A stretch of 64,000 bases of DNA, filler included, from Diploschistes diacapsis (GCA_023645945.1; 14 parts of 14 records of this genome joined end to end with filler, not necessarily neighbours in it), one strand, 5' to 3'; shown: positions 1 through 14,060, counted from the whole stretch's first letter. Translations and numbers: made by a program. Notes: generated by a model from the letters alone, not told the origin.

Positions 1-308
1 AATTGATCCGCGAGCAATATTTAAAAACATTTATAAAAAAATAAACACGTCCTCGATGTATAAAGATTATAACGATATTTATATATAATCAACTCGTTTA
101 TTATTTATCGAAAAACCGTCGGGCGATATTTTCAACGGCTCGCCGTTTATTATAATAAACACGACCGTCAAACCGATAGCGATTTCTACTCGCCGCTCAC
201 GAGAATAAACGCGACTAATAAACGAATCACGTGATTAGTGTTACTATGATTAAACTATATATAATAAGTGGTTAGGACGTGAGGAGGTAGGAACCTCGGA
301 TTATAGCA
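1..308 (-). mobile_element. LTR (family A), RIP-altered, partial
   Basis: Minus strand starts TGCTATAATCC at 308 and aligns by eye with 46373-46609 (TGTTACGATCC...CACGTCC...TATATAG...TCACGTGAT...CTCGTGA...GAAAATATCG); many differences are transitions. Confidence 0.6.
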
Positions 309-372
309 TGCGGGTCTGCGGCCTTGACGCGGCACTAGGGCTGAGATCCTCCGCTTCCAGCGGACTGTCACA
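309..372 (+). mobile_element. 3' part of LTR (family B), apparently interrupted by LTR A
   Basis: tgcgggtctgcggccttgacgcggcactagggctgagatcctccgct matches 33612-33658 (tgtggacctacggtcttggcgcggcgttagaactgagttccttcact); ends ...TGTCACA. Confidence 0.5.
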
Positions 373-1490
373 GGTATCTGTTACAGACAGCTTCAAGACC
401 CAGATTGAACGTGTACCAAACCTTTCCGTAATTAATGGGGGTAACGCTATTCTTGCGTTCTTGGAAAAATTGTAGATAAAGGTTCTCAATTTACGCTCGA
501 AAATATTTAAGTTACGAACGTATGTAATTAATCTAAAAAGAATAATAAAAGAGATTATAGCTAATCTAAATAAAGACACGCAAGGTGGTCTAAATAATTT
601 AAGAAACGAAATAATTACTGGTTTTGTAAGATAAGACATCTTATAAAAAAACTTAATTTATTTTTTATATATTGGCGTTTAAATTATTTATAGTCCTTAT
701 AGCAATCGGGCCCGTTTCGAAAATAGTTATATTAAACGATTTATAAAAGGCGTTTTACGTTTACTGTTTTTTATCCTTATTCACGGTTCTATTTAAGATT
801 TTTTCAAAACGATGGGGGCCATCGATGGCCTTAATAAATGAACGATAGACCATTTGTTGAAAGAATTAGAAAAGTCCTAAAAGGGCTTATTGGTGGCCAA
901 GAAAGAGCGTCTCAAGTGGGCAGTGGGCATATATCAAGTAGTGACAGTACCTTCTTAATTGTCGATACTGTTGTATACTATCTGGAGAGAGGGCTGGGGT
1001 TTGGGAAGGCGGATGTGCAGAAGATTACGGTTAATCTTCTGAAGGAGATTCATGGGGAAGTCGGGTGAGAGAGCGAGGGAAAACGGGTAGAGGTGGTACA
1101 CGGTGTAATACTCGGATTTGGTTTCCAAGGTCCCGTTGAGGCGGTACCCCTTGGCTCTATCGTATACATGCGCTGCATATGTAAGTTTGTAGACTGATGC
1201 CAATGTTTGAAGTCGCTTCAGAACCTTCTGCAATCCCTACAGGTATATCAATAGATAGTTTGGAGAACTCCCAATGGTTTATGCCCCATATATGACCGTA
1301 ACTGTATGGTATCGTAGACACATCCACAAGTCAAGTTGCCGCAAGACTCATGTTGTGGCTCCAACTCTATGGAAAACTCTCCTCGTAGGTATCGAGCCTG
1401 GCGAGCCAACTGGATATTACGAGCAAAAGTATTGCCTGGTGGTCTTTACTCCTCGGAACTCGCGATAGTGTTCACACTAGCGAATGCTTA

Positions 1491-3776
1491 TTACCCAGTA
1501 TCCTCAAATTCAACAAGGGCCGTTCCGGCTTTGCATATATCCTACACACTAATTAGCGCCGTCGCTCCTACTAATTCAACGTCACTTACTCCTTGCTTAT
1601 GAACGACCCTCGCAATAATCCCGTCCTGCGGGCTCCTTATTGTAGTCTCCATCTTCATGCTCTCGATAACCACAAGAGCTTGGTCCTTCTTCACCTCGTC
1701 GCCTGCTTTCACGTCTACGCGTAGCACCTTGCAAGGCATGGGCGCAAGCACGCTGTGAGTTAGGTCCTTCACGCCAAGCGCCTTCTCTAGCCATTTGGGG
1801 GTGGGTATGTGGAGGGAGTATCGGTTTCCTCGTGAAAAGACGGTGATCTTGTCATCGTCGAAGATGAGGCGCGTGTCGAGCCTTGTGTGAGGGAAGAAAG
1901 AAGATAGTGTCGAGCTTTGATGATCGAAGGTGTTTTTAATGGCCGAGAAGGCAGTGTCTTTCACCTTGACATTGAAATCATGGCTGCTGAGCTGGTCGAC
2001 TTCAATGACTATCTCCTCAATTTCTTTACCAGCCGTTGCCGGCTCGGCGGTAAATCGGAACTGATGACTTTGTATGATATCCGAGAATCCAAGACTGCTT
2101 CCAAAGGGCACACGCCGCTCTGGATCCAACAACAGACTATCTCTCATAAGGACAGCAATCGCACCCTGAGCGTAGATCTCTGGAGGCGTTGTAGTCGCTT
2201 TCAGTAGCTGGTCCTTGTGCTTCGGAATGAACCCCGTCTCGACCTCGCCCGCAACAAATGCTGGGTTCTCGCAGACACGCTTGAGGAATTCAATGTTGGT
2301 CGCAGGTCCGACTATCTCGTACTCTTCCAATGCGGCCTTGAGCTTCTGTATCGCTTCTGTCCTGTCAGACCCGCGGACAATGAGCTTAGCAATCATTGGG
2401 TCGTAGTGAGCTGAGACTTCATCGCCTGCAACGAAGCCAGCGTCTACCCGTACGTCTGCGCTCAGCTGCGGAAGCCGTAGATGCTGCAAAGTGCCAGAGT
2501 CTGGAATAAAGCCCCTTGCTGGGACGTTAGCACTGTATTTGATGATATCAATCCTTGCTCACTGACATCTTAGGATCCTCCGCATAAATCCTTGCCTCCA
2601 TTCCCCAGCCCAATTGGGCGATACGCTCCCGTATCTGCTCTTGGTCCAACGGAAGCCTGCCGCCCTCTGCTACTATCAGCTGCCAGTGCACCAGGTCCTC
2701 GCCAGTCACCATTTCCGTGACCGGATGCTCGACCTGCAACCTAGTGTTCATCTCCATGAAAAAGAACCTGCCTGTATCGTTGTCAAATATGAACTCTACT
2801 GTACCTGCACCTTCATATCCAACCGCAACTGCGGCGGCACGTGCCTTGCTCCAGAGATCCTCTCGGGTGGCATCATCAAGATGGGGTGCCGGCGACTCTT
2901 CGATGACCTTCTGGTGCCGTCTCTGGATGCTGCAATCCCGTTCGCCAAGAGCTACGCAGTTTCCATGTTTGTCCGCGAAGACTTGCACCTCTATATGGCG
3001 GGGCGTGGTAATGTACTTCTCGACGAGCATCACATCGTCACCAAAAGAACTCCGAGCTTCCGACTTCGCCGACTCAAGCTGGTCGAAAAACACGTCTGGC
3101 TGGCTCGCAATCCGCATGCCTTTACCACCTCCACCCTTAACCGCCTTCAGCAAGACAGGAAACCCAACCTTTTCCGCCTCAGCCTTCAAGAACGCAGGAT
3201 CCTGGTCATATCCATGGTAGCCAGGTATGCACGGCACGCCAGCCCCGAGCATGATATCCTTCGAGCGACTCTTATTTCCCATTGCCTCGATAGCTTCCCA
3301 TGACGGTCCAATAAAGACGAGGCCAGCCTCGGCACATCGTTTGGCGAAGGAGGAATTCTCGCTCAGAAAGCCGTAGCCGGGATGGATGCCGTTGCAGCCC
3401 TCACGGCGGGCTATCTCGATGACTTTATCGCCATCGAGGTACGCGGAGGGATCGCCAAGGTTAAAGGCAAATGAGCTACTTAGAGCATGCTGGGTTCCAG
3501 CGTCCGGGTCCGTGTAGATGGTCGTCGTGCGGATGCCATGCTTGGACGCTGTTCGTCCTACGCGTCTACCTCCCCATTAATGCCTGATGTTGAACAGCAG
3601 ATATTTCAGGCCAGAACTGACAGTGCAATCTCCCCGCGGTTGGCAATCAAAATTGACTTCAATGGCTTACGTCTTTCTTGGGAGTTGGATAAGGAGGACT
3701 TGAATCTAACAGAGACATACGCAATGACAGCGAGACCTCGGATTCGAGGCCGACGGGAAGGAATGGAGCGCAACAT
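1491..3776 (-). CDS. mccA: 3-methylcrotonyl-CoA carboxylase alpha (biotin-containing) subunit
   Basis: Motifs ILIANRGEIAL, IHPGYGFLSEN, GGGGKGMR, RDCSIQRRHQK, EMNTRLQVEHP and biotinyl ESMKME; three GT-AG introns; last exon DICKAGTALVEFEDTG*. Confidence 0.9.
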
Positions 3777-4156
3777 GAGTCAAAGCAAGCAAAAAAAAGA
3801 TGTACTAAAGCACCACCTTACCACACCGTAGCCCTCAACATATGGATCAAGTTACTGAAGGTTATGCAGTAGCATTATGGTATCTCCCCTTCAGGGGAGT
3901 AGACAAGCAAGATGTGATTTCCGAACTCCAGGCCCGGCGAAGAATGCCCGTGGCTAACCGAGCGGAGGGATTCACCAAGGAGTATTTCCGAGATCCGCGA
4001 AAAGCTGTTCAGCCCTGGGTGGTTAGATCAAAGGACCGCGCTTTCTACCCGCTTCATGATCTCGCCATGCTCTCCTTACCTGACACTTTCTTGAGTCGTT
4101 CATTACTTTCTTGAAGCAATTGCAAGTCCCATTACTCGCCTGAGCATATCCCCGTC

Positions 4157-5128
4157 ATGGCCGAGTCCGACTTCGACGACGACTTCTACGACGATGACGA
4201 CTTCATTTACTACGAGGATGGGCCGCTTAACAACGTCGTACGTTGGCTCTTTGCACTACCGTGATTCCCATCTTTGCGTTTCTCTCCCTTCTTCCAAGAC
4301 TTACAGTTGTGCATACAGGACGAGCTGGCTGAGCACACCATGCACTCCCCCGTCCTCATAAATTACGACCCCGGCTTCGTCGACGAATATAGTGGGTGGG
4401 AGTACGAGACAGACGAGTTTTACGACGATGACGGTGCAGAACGGACAGGAAAGCCTCGGCCGCGAAAGCAGGCGTCGGACACACTGGATGCGCCTACAAG
4501 TTCGACGTCGGGCAAGCGTAAACCGGCCGATTCACCGTCTAGAAAACGGAAGAGGCGAAAACAAGATATCGCAGAGAACGAGATCCCTGGACTGGATTTG
4601 GAGGATGTGGGAACTAGTGAGGCAACTCTCAAGAAGCTTACGAGGCCGTTGGTGGTATGGAGGAAGGAGGAAGAGAGGAAAGGGGTTGCACTTCCTCTGA
4701 TCAACGATGGCGAAGGCGCAAAGGTCTCCTTACTCAAAGATTGGAGGGAGAGGGTTGAGGCCGCTGGAGCGGCACTTGTTAGCAGGTCAAAGCCGAAGAT
4801 CAAGCCGGTGGATCGGTCCGCGGGAGGAGCGCAGAGCGGGAAAACGCAACCGCTATCGCGGAACACTGCCGAGCAAACTAATGATAATGTGGGAACGAAG
4901 AAGAGAGCTAGGAAAGACCCGGTAGCTGAAGGCTATGTGGATTCTAGTGCGAATGAGTACGAAGAGGATATCCTGGAGCGGCAATCTATAGGCTTGGAGA
5001 ATTCAGAGCCAAAGGGATTGCGTGAGAAGTCTAGGCATGATGGGGTTCAGAATAAGGACCAGGTTAAAACTGCTGAGGCAGAAACTACGCCAGCAGTACG
5101 TAAGAGCAAGAGACTAAAGAATGGGTGA
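4157..5128 (+). CDS. Hypothetical protein with acidic N-terminus and basic NLS-like stretches
   Basis: ATG at 4157 (MAESDFDDDFYDDDD...); GTACGT...CAG intron joins the long 4274-5128 ORF at DELAEHTMHSP; RKRKRRK stretch. Confidence 0.7.
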
Positions 5129-5320
5129 TAGTCGCGTTTATGCTGGCTGTACTTGAGTACATGGATCATGAAGATATTAATAAATTGATTAAAGTATATG
5201 GTATCATTGCTCGTCTGCTGCAAGTGGTATCATGGCTTGAAAGGCTAAGACAACTGCTTGTAAGTGCTGCGTACAACGCTTCCATGCGTCTTCAAGCAAT
5301 GCTGAATCCGATGATTCCGT

Positions 5321-5907
5321 CTAGACTGTGGCTCTGCCAGTGTGTAGAGACCTTCTGCTTTCCGTGAAAAACATGATGGCACCGTAGATGGCAGTAATAA
5401 GCCATAAGAGCATGTTTACTGCCATAATTAGCACTATTGATCGAGCTCTAATACAAACTGCTAGATCTTACCTAGGTCAACCCAGACGGCATTCTTCATT
5501 GTCTGAATCCCCGAATCACCCCCAGTATTCGCATGGATGAACATCTTCCCGAAAAGTCCGAAAAGCGCGGTGAAGAGTATGCTGTGAGCCTCATTAGCCC
5601 CCAGACCTAAACACACTTGTACCGCCAGTCCTTACAAGACGATCAAATCCCAAGGCCATGACCTGTACATCTTTGCGAATGGGATCATCAGTACCAGCGC
5701 GCTCACGGCGCCAATGCTTCCCACAACGACAGCGAAGACATAGTTCGGATCGGCATATTTGTGTTCAAGTCGGGCCGTGTTTACGTATTGACCATAGAGA
5801 CCGATGACTGTGAGAGCTAGGACGAGCTGGAGGAAGCGCAGAATGGTGCTGAAAATGAAACCGAAAAAGCCGCGGTGGGCACTTTCTGCGCGATCCCTGA
5901 ATGCCAT
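5321..5907 (-). CDS. Small MARVEL-like multi-pass membrane protein (possible 1-nt frameshift near C-terminus)
   Basis: ILRFLQLVLALTVIGLYG plus further hydrophobic segments across two GT-AG introns; the 3' end depends on the T-run near 5367-5370. Confidence 0.65.
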
Positions 5908-6645
5908 TTTTGGATGCGTTTTGGACGTTGCAGATGATTTGTGGAAGACGGGACGTGATTCACGAGCCTTTTTGAGCTTCTAAAGTATGCAAGGGAGATG
6001 TAAGGTGACGTTTATGCAACAAACGAGGTTGTTTCGATTGAGAGTAAGGTATGCTGAAAGTAATGAGGGAGGAGACCTTGGTGAGAGATGGTTTGTGGAA
6101 GGCAGACCTTGTGTATTATTTCGTAGAGCGGCTAACTCTTTGAATCATCATCGCAACCAGAAACTGAAATGATGTCATTGGGTGTACCTTTTGCCTTGCG
6201 GTTCTGTTTGAGCTTGGCATTTACAATGACTGGCTCACGTGATTCCTGAGAGTTGTTGCTCTTAGCGCCGGTCTCGACCGACTTGAAGGCTGAGGCAAGT
6301 GGATGGAAATCATGGATGTAGCCCGGTAGTAGCACCTCAAAACGCACAAACAGTTTGCACAGGGTTTAGAAGGGTTTCAAGAGGTACCTACAAGCTCTCG
6401 GTAATGAGAGGATGATTGATTTGATGCCTTACTTCATGCACGGTTAGCGGAATCATTCCCATAGTCGGGTGTACTTTCTCCCTAAAATCAGGCCCTTGTA
6501 AGAAGCTTGTAAAACTAACATGCTTTATCAACCCAACCCAACTCCAAGTAGCAGGCCTGACCCAACTTCTGAATGCAATATCCTTCAATGCAAGCAATCA
6601 CACCCTTCCGCCATATACCCATGGCTTACAGATCAGGGTTCGAGC

Positions 6646-7787
6646 CTACAGCATTTGCCTCTTCTCGTCCGTAATGTCTTCCTCGGGTTCTGTATAGACC
6701 TCTTCGTACTTGGGCAGGCCCCCCATGCTCACGCGAGTCCCATCTTCGACCTGTGAAACGCTCTCGTACGAGGGAGGCTTGGTTCCCCGAATGCGATTGG
6801 CGATGGAGGCAATGGCGGTCCAGACAAGCATAGAGAAGGCACCGACAACCATGCCGGCAGTGATACCGAAGAACATGGGGAGGATGACGTGGCGAATGAT
6901 GCGACGAAGGGCATGGCGGAGGCGGTGGTGGTGAGTGTGAACAGCATGGCCATGAGGGTGAAGATGGCCTGCAAACTTGTTGGGGCCACCCTTCAGACAG
7001 AGACCACCATGGCTTGGCTTGGCGCCTGCAGGGAGTTTACAGCCAGGACGGAAGAGCCCGAAGCGTGTAGCAGCAGCAGCCCGGAAAGCGGCAAGCTTGG
7101 AGGCAACCATGAGCCTGACTCGGCAGAGAACGCTTGTGCAAGAGTCTTTGGCGGGCGAGGGTTGGTATTGCTCGGTCTTGATTGGCAGAAGCATGAGCTG
7201 TGGCAGTGTTAGCAAAGGTTGTCACTGTAGAGTTCAGAACATCGTACGTTTCCCTCAGCTCCTTCGACAATCATGACTCGAACCGTATCGGTGCGGACAA
7301 CATGGTCTGATAAGCCCAGGATATCGATGGCAAGTGGATGGACTTTCATGACCGCATTGTTGCCGATAATCGCTTCGACTGGTCGAACCTCGATACTGGT
7401 GCTAAGGGGCACGCCTTGCTCGTAAGCGCGGACGCTCTCATCGGAAGTAGTCTGCTTTGCTCGAAGCCCAAGAACCGCCTGGGGGTTTGGCGGATAGATG
7501 GGAATGCCGTTGAGATTCACGTGGTCACCCTCGACAGCGAAATCTAGAACCAACCTGCTAGAAGGCTGACTGTGAGGGCCGTCTACTATCTTCCATTCTT
7601 GTGGCACTGAACTGTCGGCCTCGAGGGCTATCGGACAACCCCTGCAGTCCAGGTTTACAGTCTGTTTCTCGCTTCCTGGTAGCAAGCCGCCACTTGTAGA
7701 GACCTTGTCTGACACTTCAAGAGGGATGAGGAAGGCGTTAGCGGTCAACGCCAACGCAGCGGAGAACAAGAGGCTTGGAGGAAGCAT
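6646..7787 (-). CDS. Hypothetical secreted/type I membrane protein
   Basis: Signal-peptide-like MLPPSLLFSAALALTANAFLIP; one intron (GTACGA...GCTAAC...CAG); His-rich linker, then TM segment HVILPMFFGITAGMVVGAFSMLVW and an LPKYE tail. Confidence 0.75.
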
Positions 7788-8344
7788 ATTTGCTGGCAGG
7801 TGAAATGGAAGTACTGAGGACGTGGATGTGGTAGACTGAGAGAGTAAGAAAGAATAAGTGAGGTGGACTTGGAGGACAATGAAAGTGGGATACGTTAACT
7901 TCACGGGCTTAGCAGACGCTCGCGCAACTGCCGAAAACTCCGGGATCAGATTTTTTTAAAAAAAACAAGTTACTTCTGGGCCGCGCATTACGGTCAATTA
8001 TGCGCTTTTTCCCCTCAAAGTTCCGTCACCCCCTGATTTGGAACAAACACTGTTTGATATCCATTTTATGTGTGGTCTATATGGACCTGTTATTGGTCCG
8101 CCTTTTGCACCCAGGCAGTGAACACAACAACTTATGTAAGTCTTTCTCAAATCAGTGCCCATCAACCTCAATCCTCAGCAACCGGTTTCAGCTGACTGCT
8201 TCAGAGTGCCTGAGATGGATAAGCTTTGTTTTAAAAGCGCGATAAACTCTCTAACGCTGTATCGCATGCAGAGTAGTACTTTTGCTCTGTACTCTAAAGT
8301 GATAACTTTATGACCACGGATAACTCCACTGCCTTCCTTATGCC

Positions 8345-11256
8345 TTATGCTCTATAACGCTGCATCCAATCGTGGATACCGTCAATGATCTGCGGCACAA
8401 TCCTCGAAAGACTATCATCTATCAAGGCCCTGAACTCCTTCATGGCTTCCTCTTCCGTCAGGCTCAGGGCAAACCTCTCTCGTACCTTTTCAACCACCTT
8501 GTCAGGCTCCACTCGTATGTCGGGTATATTTGCGTCCGTCATCAGCGCGAACAGGTTCAAAATCAAACTGCTCGACTTCCGTAGTGTCGTGTAAGCCGTG
8601 TAGCAATACTGCAGGAAAGCGACAAAGTTGGGAGATTTGACCCCACCCATGCCGTCTACCATAGGTATGGTGATCTTGATGGGCGGGGGTGCAGGCTTCG
8701 GATCGCGGCCAAGGATGTAGCCAAAGTCCACATGGAAGAAGTGACCTGCTCCCTCGTCAGCGAGAAATCTGTTTCAAGACGCACCAGACTTACCATCCGG
8801 GGTTAGCAGAAGATTATCTAGATGCCTATCCCCAACTCCAAGAAGATAGGTGACCACACAGTAGCCCGCACAACTTTTGATATAGTTGTCCATCGCTTCT
8901 GGGCGCACCCCATACTCGGCCTTCTTGTCAGGATTGTTGGCCCGCAGATAATCCAATATGTAATTTCCGCCATACTTGTTCTTCGCAACCTGCAGCGTAA
9001 TTGAAGGTATGAACTGAGTAGCGCCGGCAGTCGCGCTCGTCGCAAGAGTTCTGTATGGCGTCAACTTGAGGTCAAGGTTCTCTTTCCTCAGCAGCCTGTC
9101 CATGAGTGAGATGATTTGTATGACCAGCTGGTCCTGCCGTAAATCATCCCCCTTCTTGAACATTAGAGGGTACTTTCTGCCGTCGGATAGCTTGAACTGT
9201 ATGAGCATTGGGTGTAGAGAGGATTTGAAAACCTGTGTCTCTTCTGGATAGCAGCCTACGATTAAGACGCTGGGATCCAGTGGTAGCGGAAGAGGAGGAT
9301 TAATCGACACCATTTCGTTCTTTGGGTCAGAAAGGAACTTCTTGGCATGGTCGACCATGCGGTTGCGGTGGCCAGCGCCAAATTTCGATATGTCAGTGGA
9401 TAACTTGGACAGCACCGTCATGACTTCCCCTTGGCGAAGAAGTTGCTTGCGTGATTCTGGGCCTCCATCCGTTTCAGTCAGCTTTGTCATGAACTCAAAC
9501 GCGACTTTGGCGAAGAGCTTTCGGTGGTCTTTGGCCTGGTTTGGGCTCTTATCATCGCATTCAACCATCAAATACCAGTACAAATAACTGCCGAGTGTGA
9601 AGCTCTGCGTTGCCCTGGAGATGAGAAAGCTTGCAAGCGATGAGTCTATAGCTGCTTCTCCATCTACCTTTTCGAACTTAAGCGCCTGGACAAGCTGAAG
9701 AAGGTACATTAGGAGCTCGTCGTCTTCTGCTTTTCGTAGACGGTCGACGGCGTAAGCTCTGACCGCTGTATTATCAAAGGTCGGTCCAAGAAGCTCCAAA
9801 GCGTCGTCAACCTCTATCTCGGTCCACCTGGGCAGAAGCTGGATAGCTTGTCGCACTTCTCCTTGGTCTTGCCATGCCACCGATTTGATGAACTTCGTTA
9901 GAGCTCTCTTCTCTCGAGTCAGATGATGTCTGAACTTCCAGATCAGGTCTTTTTCTTCACCGTTAAGCTCCTGCGTGGGGCCATAGGCCATAATTGTGTT
10001 GAGTTCATCCCGAATCTTTGCATTTGGCCGCAGATCGCGATCAAGCACACCCGTTCTGTGACTTCGTACAAGTCGGCGATGCTTGTTTTCCGCGGGGTTG
10101 TCCTTCGCACCTACCTCTGGATCGTATACTCTAATAAGTGGGGGTGCGTGATCCTCTTCGTAGTCATTAATGTCTGGAGAGCCTCGAATACCTGGCCCAA
10201 ACTGTACTTCTGGAGGTGGCTTGAGGTTGACACTTCCGCCTGATTGGTTTAGAGGCTGGTTCGATACAGGCGTCGGAGTGTACTCCTGATCTGTAAACAC
10301 CACAGGGAAATCGAAGCGCGGAAATTCTATGATCAATGTGAACCTCTCTTCGTCTGCTTCCGAAGCTACAGTTTCTCGGCAGTTCTCTTGGTGAGAGATC
10401 TTTCCATTCACTGTCGCGTGTTTACTCGTTTGACTCGATGCTTTTTTTCCCCGAGTGATTCGATTCATGTTGGAAACCTCTTGCTCTATCTTTCCCACTT
10501 GCTCGAATACTAATCGGTCCAGCCAGTCTACACGGGGAATCTCCCCCATCTCATGCTTCTTGAAGATAGCCTCTAGTCTCTCGAGTTCAAATTCCTGGTC
10601 AGTCAATGGTTCCACCATAGCAGATGCGTTCCTTGGCCGAGGCTTGGCAGTAGGCAAGTCTGCTAGTGTGGACGATGCTGAAAAGCCATCGGCGCCCCGA
10701 TGCCTGTGCAAACGACATCTCTGCTTACCCTTTTTTAGGGTGTAGTCCTTGTCAAAGAGAGGTACTGTGGTGCCACCATAAGGAATGGCATGGCCTTTGG
10801 CCCCTTGGCCCCCTGTGGGAGAAAGGTCCCATACTGTTATTGCAAGCTGCGCATTTAAAGGCAAGCCGGATATGCTGATCGGAATTTGAAGCCATTCATT
10901 CCACTTTCTACCGGACCTAAAAGACTTGTAGGACGTCTGCACAGGAACGGTTAGCGGCTTTGAGTCAGCCCATAGCTGAACAGTCACATAGAGATCCGAA
11001 TGAGGACTATTCATCGTCAGAGCCAACCAGGCACTAGATGGTCTTGCTTGCCTGAGTACTGAACCAACGTGTCTAAGGTCAGATCTCTGGAGCAGCGTCG
11101 AGCGAGGAAGTGGTGTCTGATAGCCCTCTAGGCTTACTCTAATTCAGGTTAGTAAGATAGACGACCTGGTAACAGAGCAAAACTAAGTCTGACTGACATC
11201 CTTACATTTACGGGAAAGTCAAGGCTACTTGAATTCGCAAATGTGTATTCTTCCAT
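8345..11256 (-). CDS. VPS34: Class III phosphatidylinositol 3-kinase Vps34
   Basis: C2, PIK helical and kinase motifs (FKKGDDLRQDQL, YLLGVGDRHLDN, HFFHVDFGYILGRDPKP); three introns, one GC-AG. Confidence 0.95.
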
Positions 11257-11775
11257 GACATAGGGAAGAGTACCACCGTGCAGAGCCTAATTACGTCCTA
11301 TTATTGTTCCCGTCCACTATCTTGCCAACAACAGTTTCATCAAATCAACCACCTCGAACATGATATTCTGGTGCATTTGAAGAGCTTGTTATATACAATC
11401 GATAGTGCAATGCAGCCATAAGCCCAAAAAAATGCACGCACACGGCAGCATATATCAGAAATTCGAGACTTCTAGTTCCCAGACGTTCTTTGTTACGTGC
11501 TAAAAGGACAGAGCTACACCTTGGTGTTTGTTTAGCCGTTACAGATACGTTTATGATAGCCTGATACTGGGAGAGCTAGGCTATGTTTGACTAGCGTGAC
11601 GGCTGCTGCCACCACCAATCGCGTATACTCTTATTGTGATACTTTCAGCGGACGTGAACGCATGTCCTTTGTTCAAACCCCGGACTTGTTGACCAAACTT
11701 TCAATTCAAAGCAATCATATTTACTTTCCTGACCGCTCACGCAAAGCTTTTTAAATATCTTGCCACTTCTTCACT

Positions 11776-13329
11776 ATGGCTCGATTAAACAAGCGGCGAA
11801 CACTAGAAGCTGACAATGACGACAGCTTGCCAGGCTCTGGAGGGCCAGCTCGAAATACCCCAGAGTCCTCACCTTCAGTTTCGCTCTCGTCAGACAAAGA
11901 GAACCGTGCAACAGCTTCACGAAATGGCGCTGAGAAGGGAAAGAGTAAGCCTCCAATGGCTGTTCAAGAGGGACCAAATAAGAGGAGGAAACTGGGCCAA
12001 CGAAGCGCTCTCGAACCAAGCCAAGCGGCATTCCAACGAGTGAGAGACGGCGTCGACGACAAGCGCTATTATGACCCTGAACAGCCAATGTCTGAGAGAC
12101 GTGCTGTGCGCAAAGGGATTCGTGATCTCACCAAGGAACTTACAGGTGAATTCTAGTTATCGTATTGTCCACCAGTCAAACACTAAAGGCAAATAGATTC
12201 ACGGAACGAACTCCTCGTCCAGCAATCGGATGGTATCAAAGCTACGCTCGCCAAAGCAAATGAACTCTTTTCAGATGTGAAGCAAACCTCGGACGCCACG
12301 CTCGACTCTCGCCTTCTCGTCACTGCCGGCGATTTGACCGCGCGGCGCGCAATTTATAACAAGCTGGGCGGCGTCACAACCGGCGTTGACGTTGAAGAAT
12401 TCGTCGGCAAATGCATGGCCTTCATGCGCCGCGGCCCTAGCGAGCGTGAAGCCGCAGCCCTCTCTCTTACACAGTCAACAGCACGTCTCCACCGCAGCCA
12501 CAATCAGCACGCTTCCGATGATTCCGACGAGGTCGCAGATGACGATGCAGATGAGGGCGATGCCTACGACTGGGAGTGGCTCGGTCGCAAAGCCTGTTTC
12601 CCATACAACACCCGCCCGCCCGTTCCTGGCTTCCTCCTCGGCCCTCTATCTGTGCAGAAGAAGCTTCGCAAGATGACCCAACGAAGCCAGCGCCAACAAC
12701 GACGTGACCCTGCCGACGCCGTCAGACCCGACGAGATCCGGCTCGCGGACATCGACAAAGCCGAGAACGCGAATCTCACCTCTCTGTGCAAAAAGATTTT
12801 CGAGCTGTTGTGCAACTATCAGATCCCCCGGTCCGAAAGAGCGGAGTCGGAGATTGAGGCGTTAGGGGAGAACATCACTAAAGAAGAAGCGTACGAGATT
12901 CTAGCGAGGAATGGACTGCGGACGAACACGGGCGTGTGCTTCTATGGGTTTACCTTTAACCCCCAGAGTTTTGGACAGACGGTGGAGAATCTGTTCTACA
13001 TCTCCTTCTTGATCAGGGACGGAATAGCGGGATTGATGGTGGACGACGAGGGACTCCTGACGCTGCGTATGTCTCTCTCTATTTATTTATCTCTCAATGT
13101 AGTTTCTTCTCAGACGATAGTGTACTAAGGCAAAGTTGTAGATCCCGCCTCCGCCTCAACGCCCGCTCAAATTCGCGAGCAGAACATCATAAAGCGCCAG
13201 GCCGTCTTCCACCTCGACTTTGACACTTGGCGCGAGATAGTCGACGAGTTTGAACTTCGCGGGTGCATCATCCCGCACCGGATATCGAGTCAAGGGCAGC
13301 AGGTTGGTGCAAAGGGCTGGTACGGTTAA
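11776..13329 (+). CDS. NSE4: Smc5/6 complex kleisin Nse4
   Basis: YYDPEQ..ERRAVRK, VKQTSDATLDSRLLV, GFLLGPLSVQKK, NPQSFGQTVENLFYISFLIRDG; two introns; ends GWYG*. Confidence 0.9.
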
Positions 13330-14060
13330 CTTTTTCCGAGTCGGGCTTGGCATGCTGGAGGCCATTTTTTTTTTGCTAGCAGGTTTGGACGGATTGCTTT
13401 TTGGAGCTTTGAGGGAGGGAGAAAGAAAAGCTTTGGGTGAAGAGGGTTGGGTCACAGTTTTTAGGTGCTTTTCTATTGCTGGCGGGATGCCTTCTGTATC
13501 ATCAACGCGAGTATATGGGGCGCATCTTCGGCTTGAGCGAGCGAGTTTTGAGCATCACACTATTATCGCATCATCTTGGCAAGAATCATGAGTAGGCTGG
13601 CTTGCCTTTCAACCGGGCTATTGAAATCTTGGGTTTTGATATTATGTACATGGACCTCAATCCCGTGTGTGCTCGGTTGCTGCTCAATGCCTTGAACATC
13701 GCCTCGTTGCTGTACGCTCTCCCCTTTATATATCTTTTGAAGGAGTACAACTGGTATTAGCGAAAACAAACATCGTACGTCTATTTTGTGAAGCTCCGCG
13801 CTTGTCCATTCCCTGCATGTTATGATTATCCCCCTAAAACTATCAAAAACGTATCTTTTTCTATAACAAAGGGCGCAACCATAAAGGTTCGCTAGAAAAA
13901 GAAAATACAGAGAACTGGCCTGCAATTCAGCGCTTGAACGCAGGCAGAATATCGGACGTCAACGGAAATCTATTTTTTTTCGTGTCGTTATACCTCTGGA
14001 GGATGGCAGAGGTTAGTATCTGTAAGGCGGATTCGGAAGAGGTTTCGTGATTGCAGTCCG

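Noticed and set aside
2614..3303. Antisense ORFs over mccA (similar ones over cys2, SPT16, UBX5, CTF4)
   Set aside because: Shadow ORFs caused by codon bias of the true genes.
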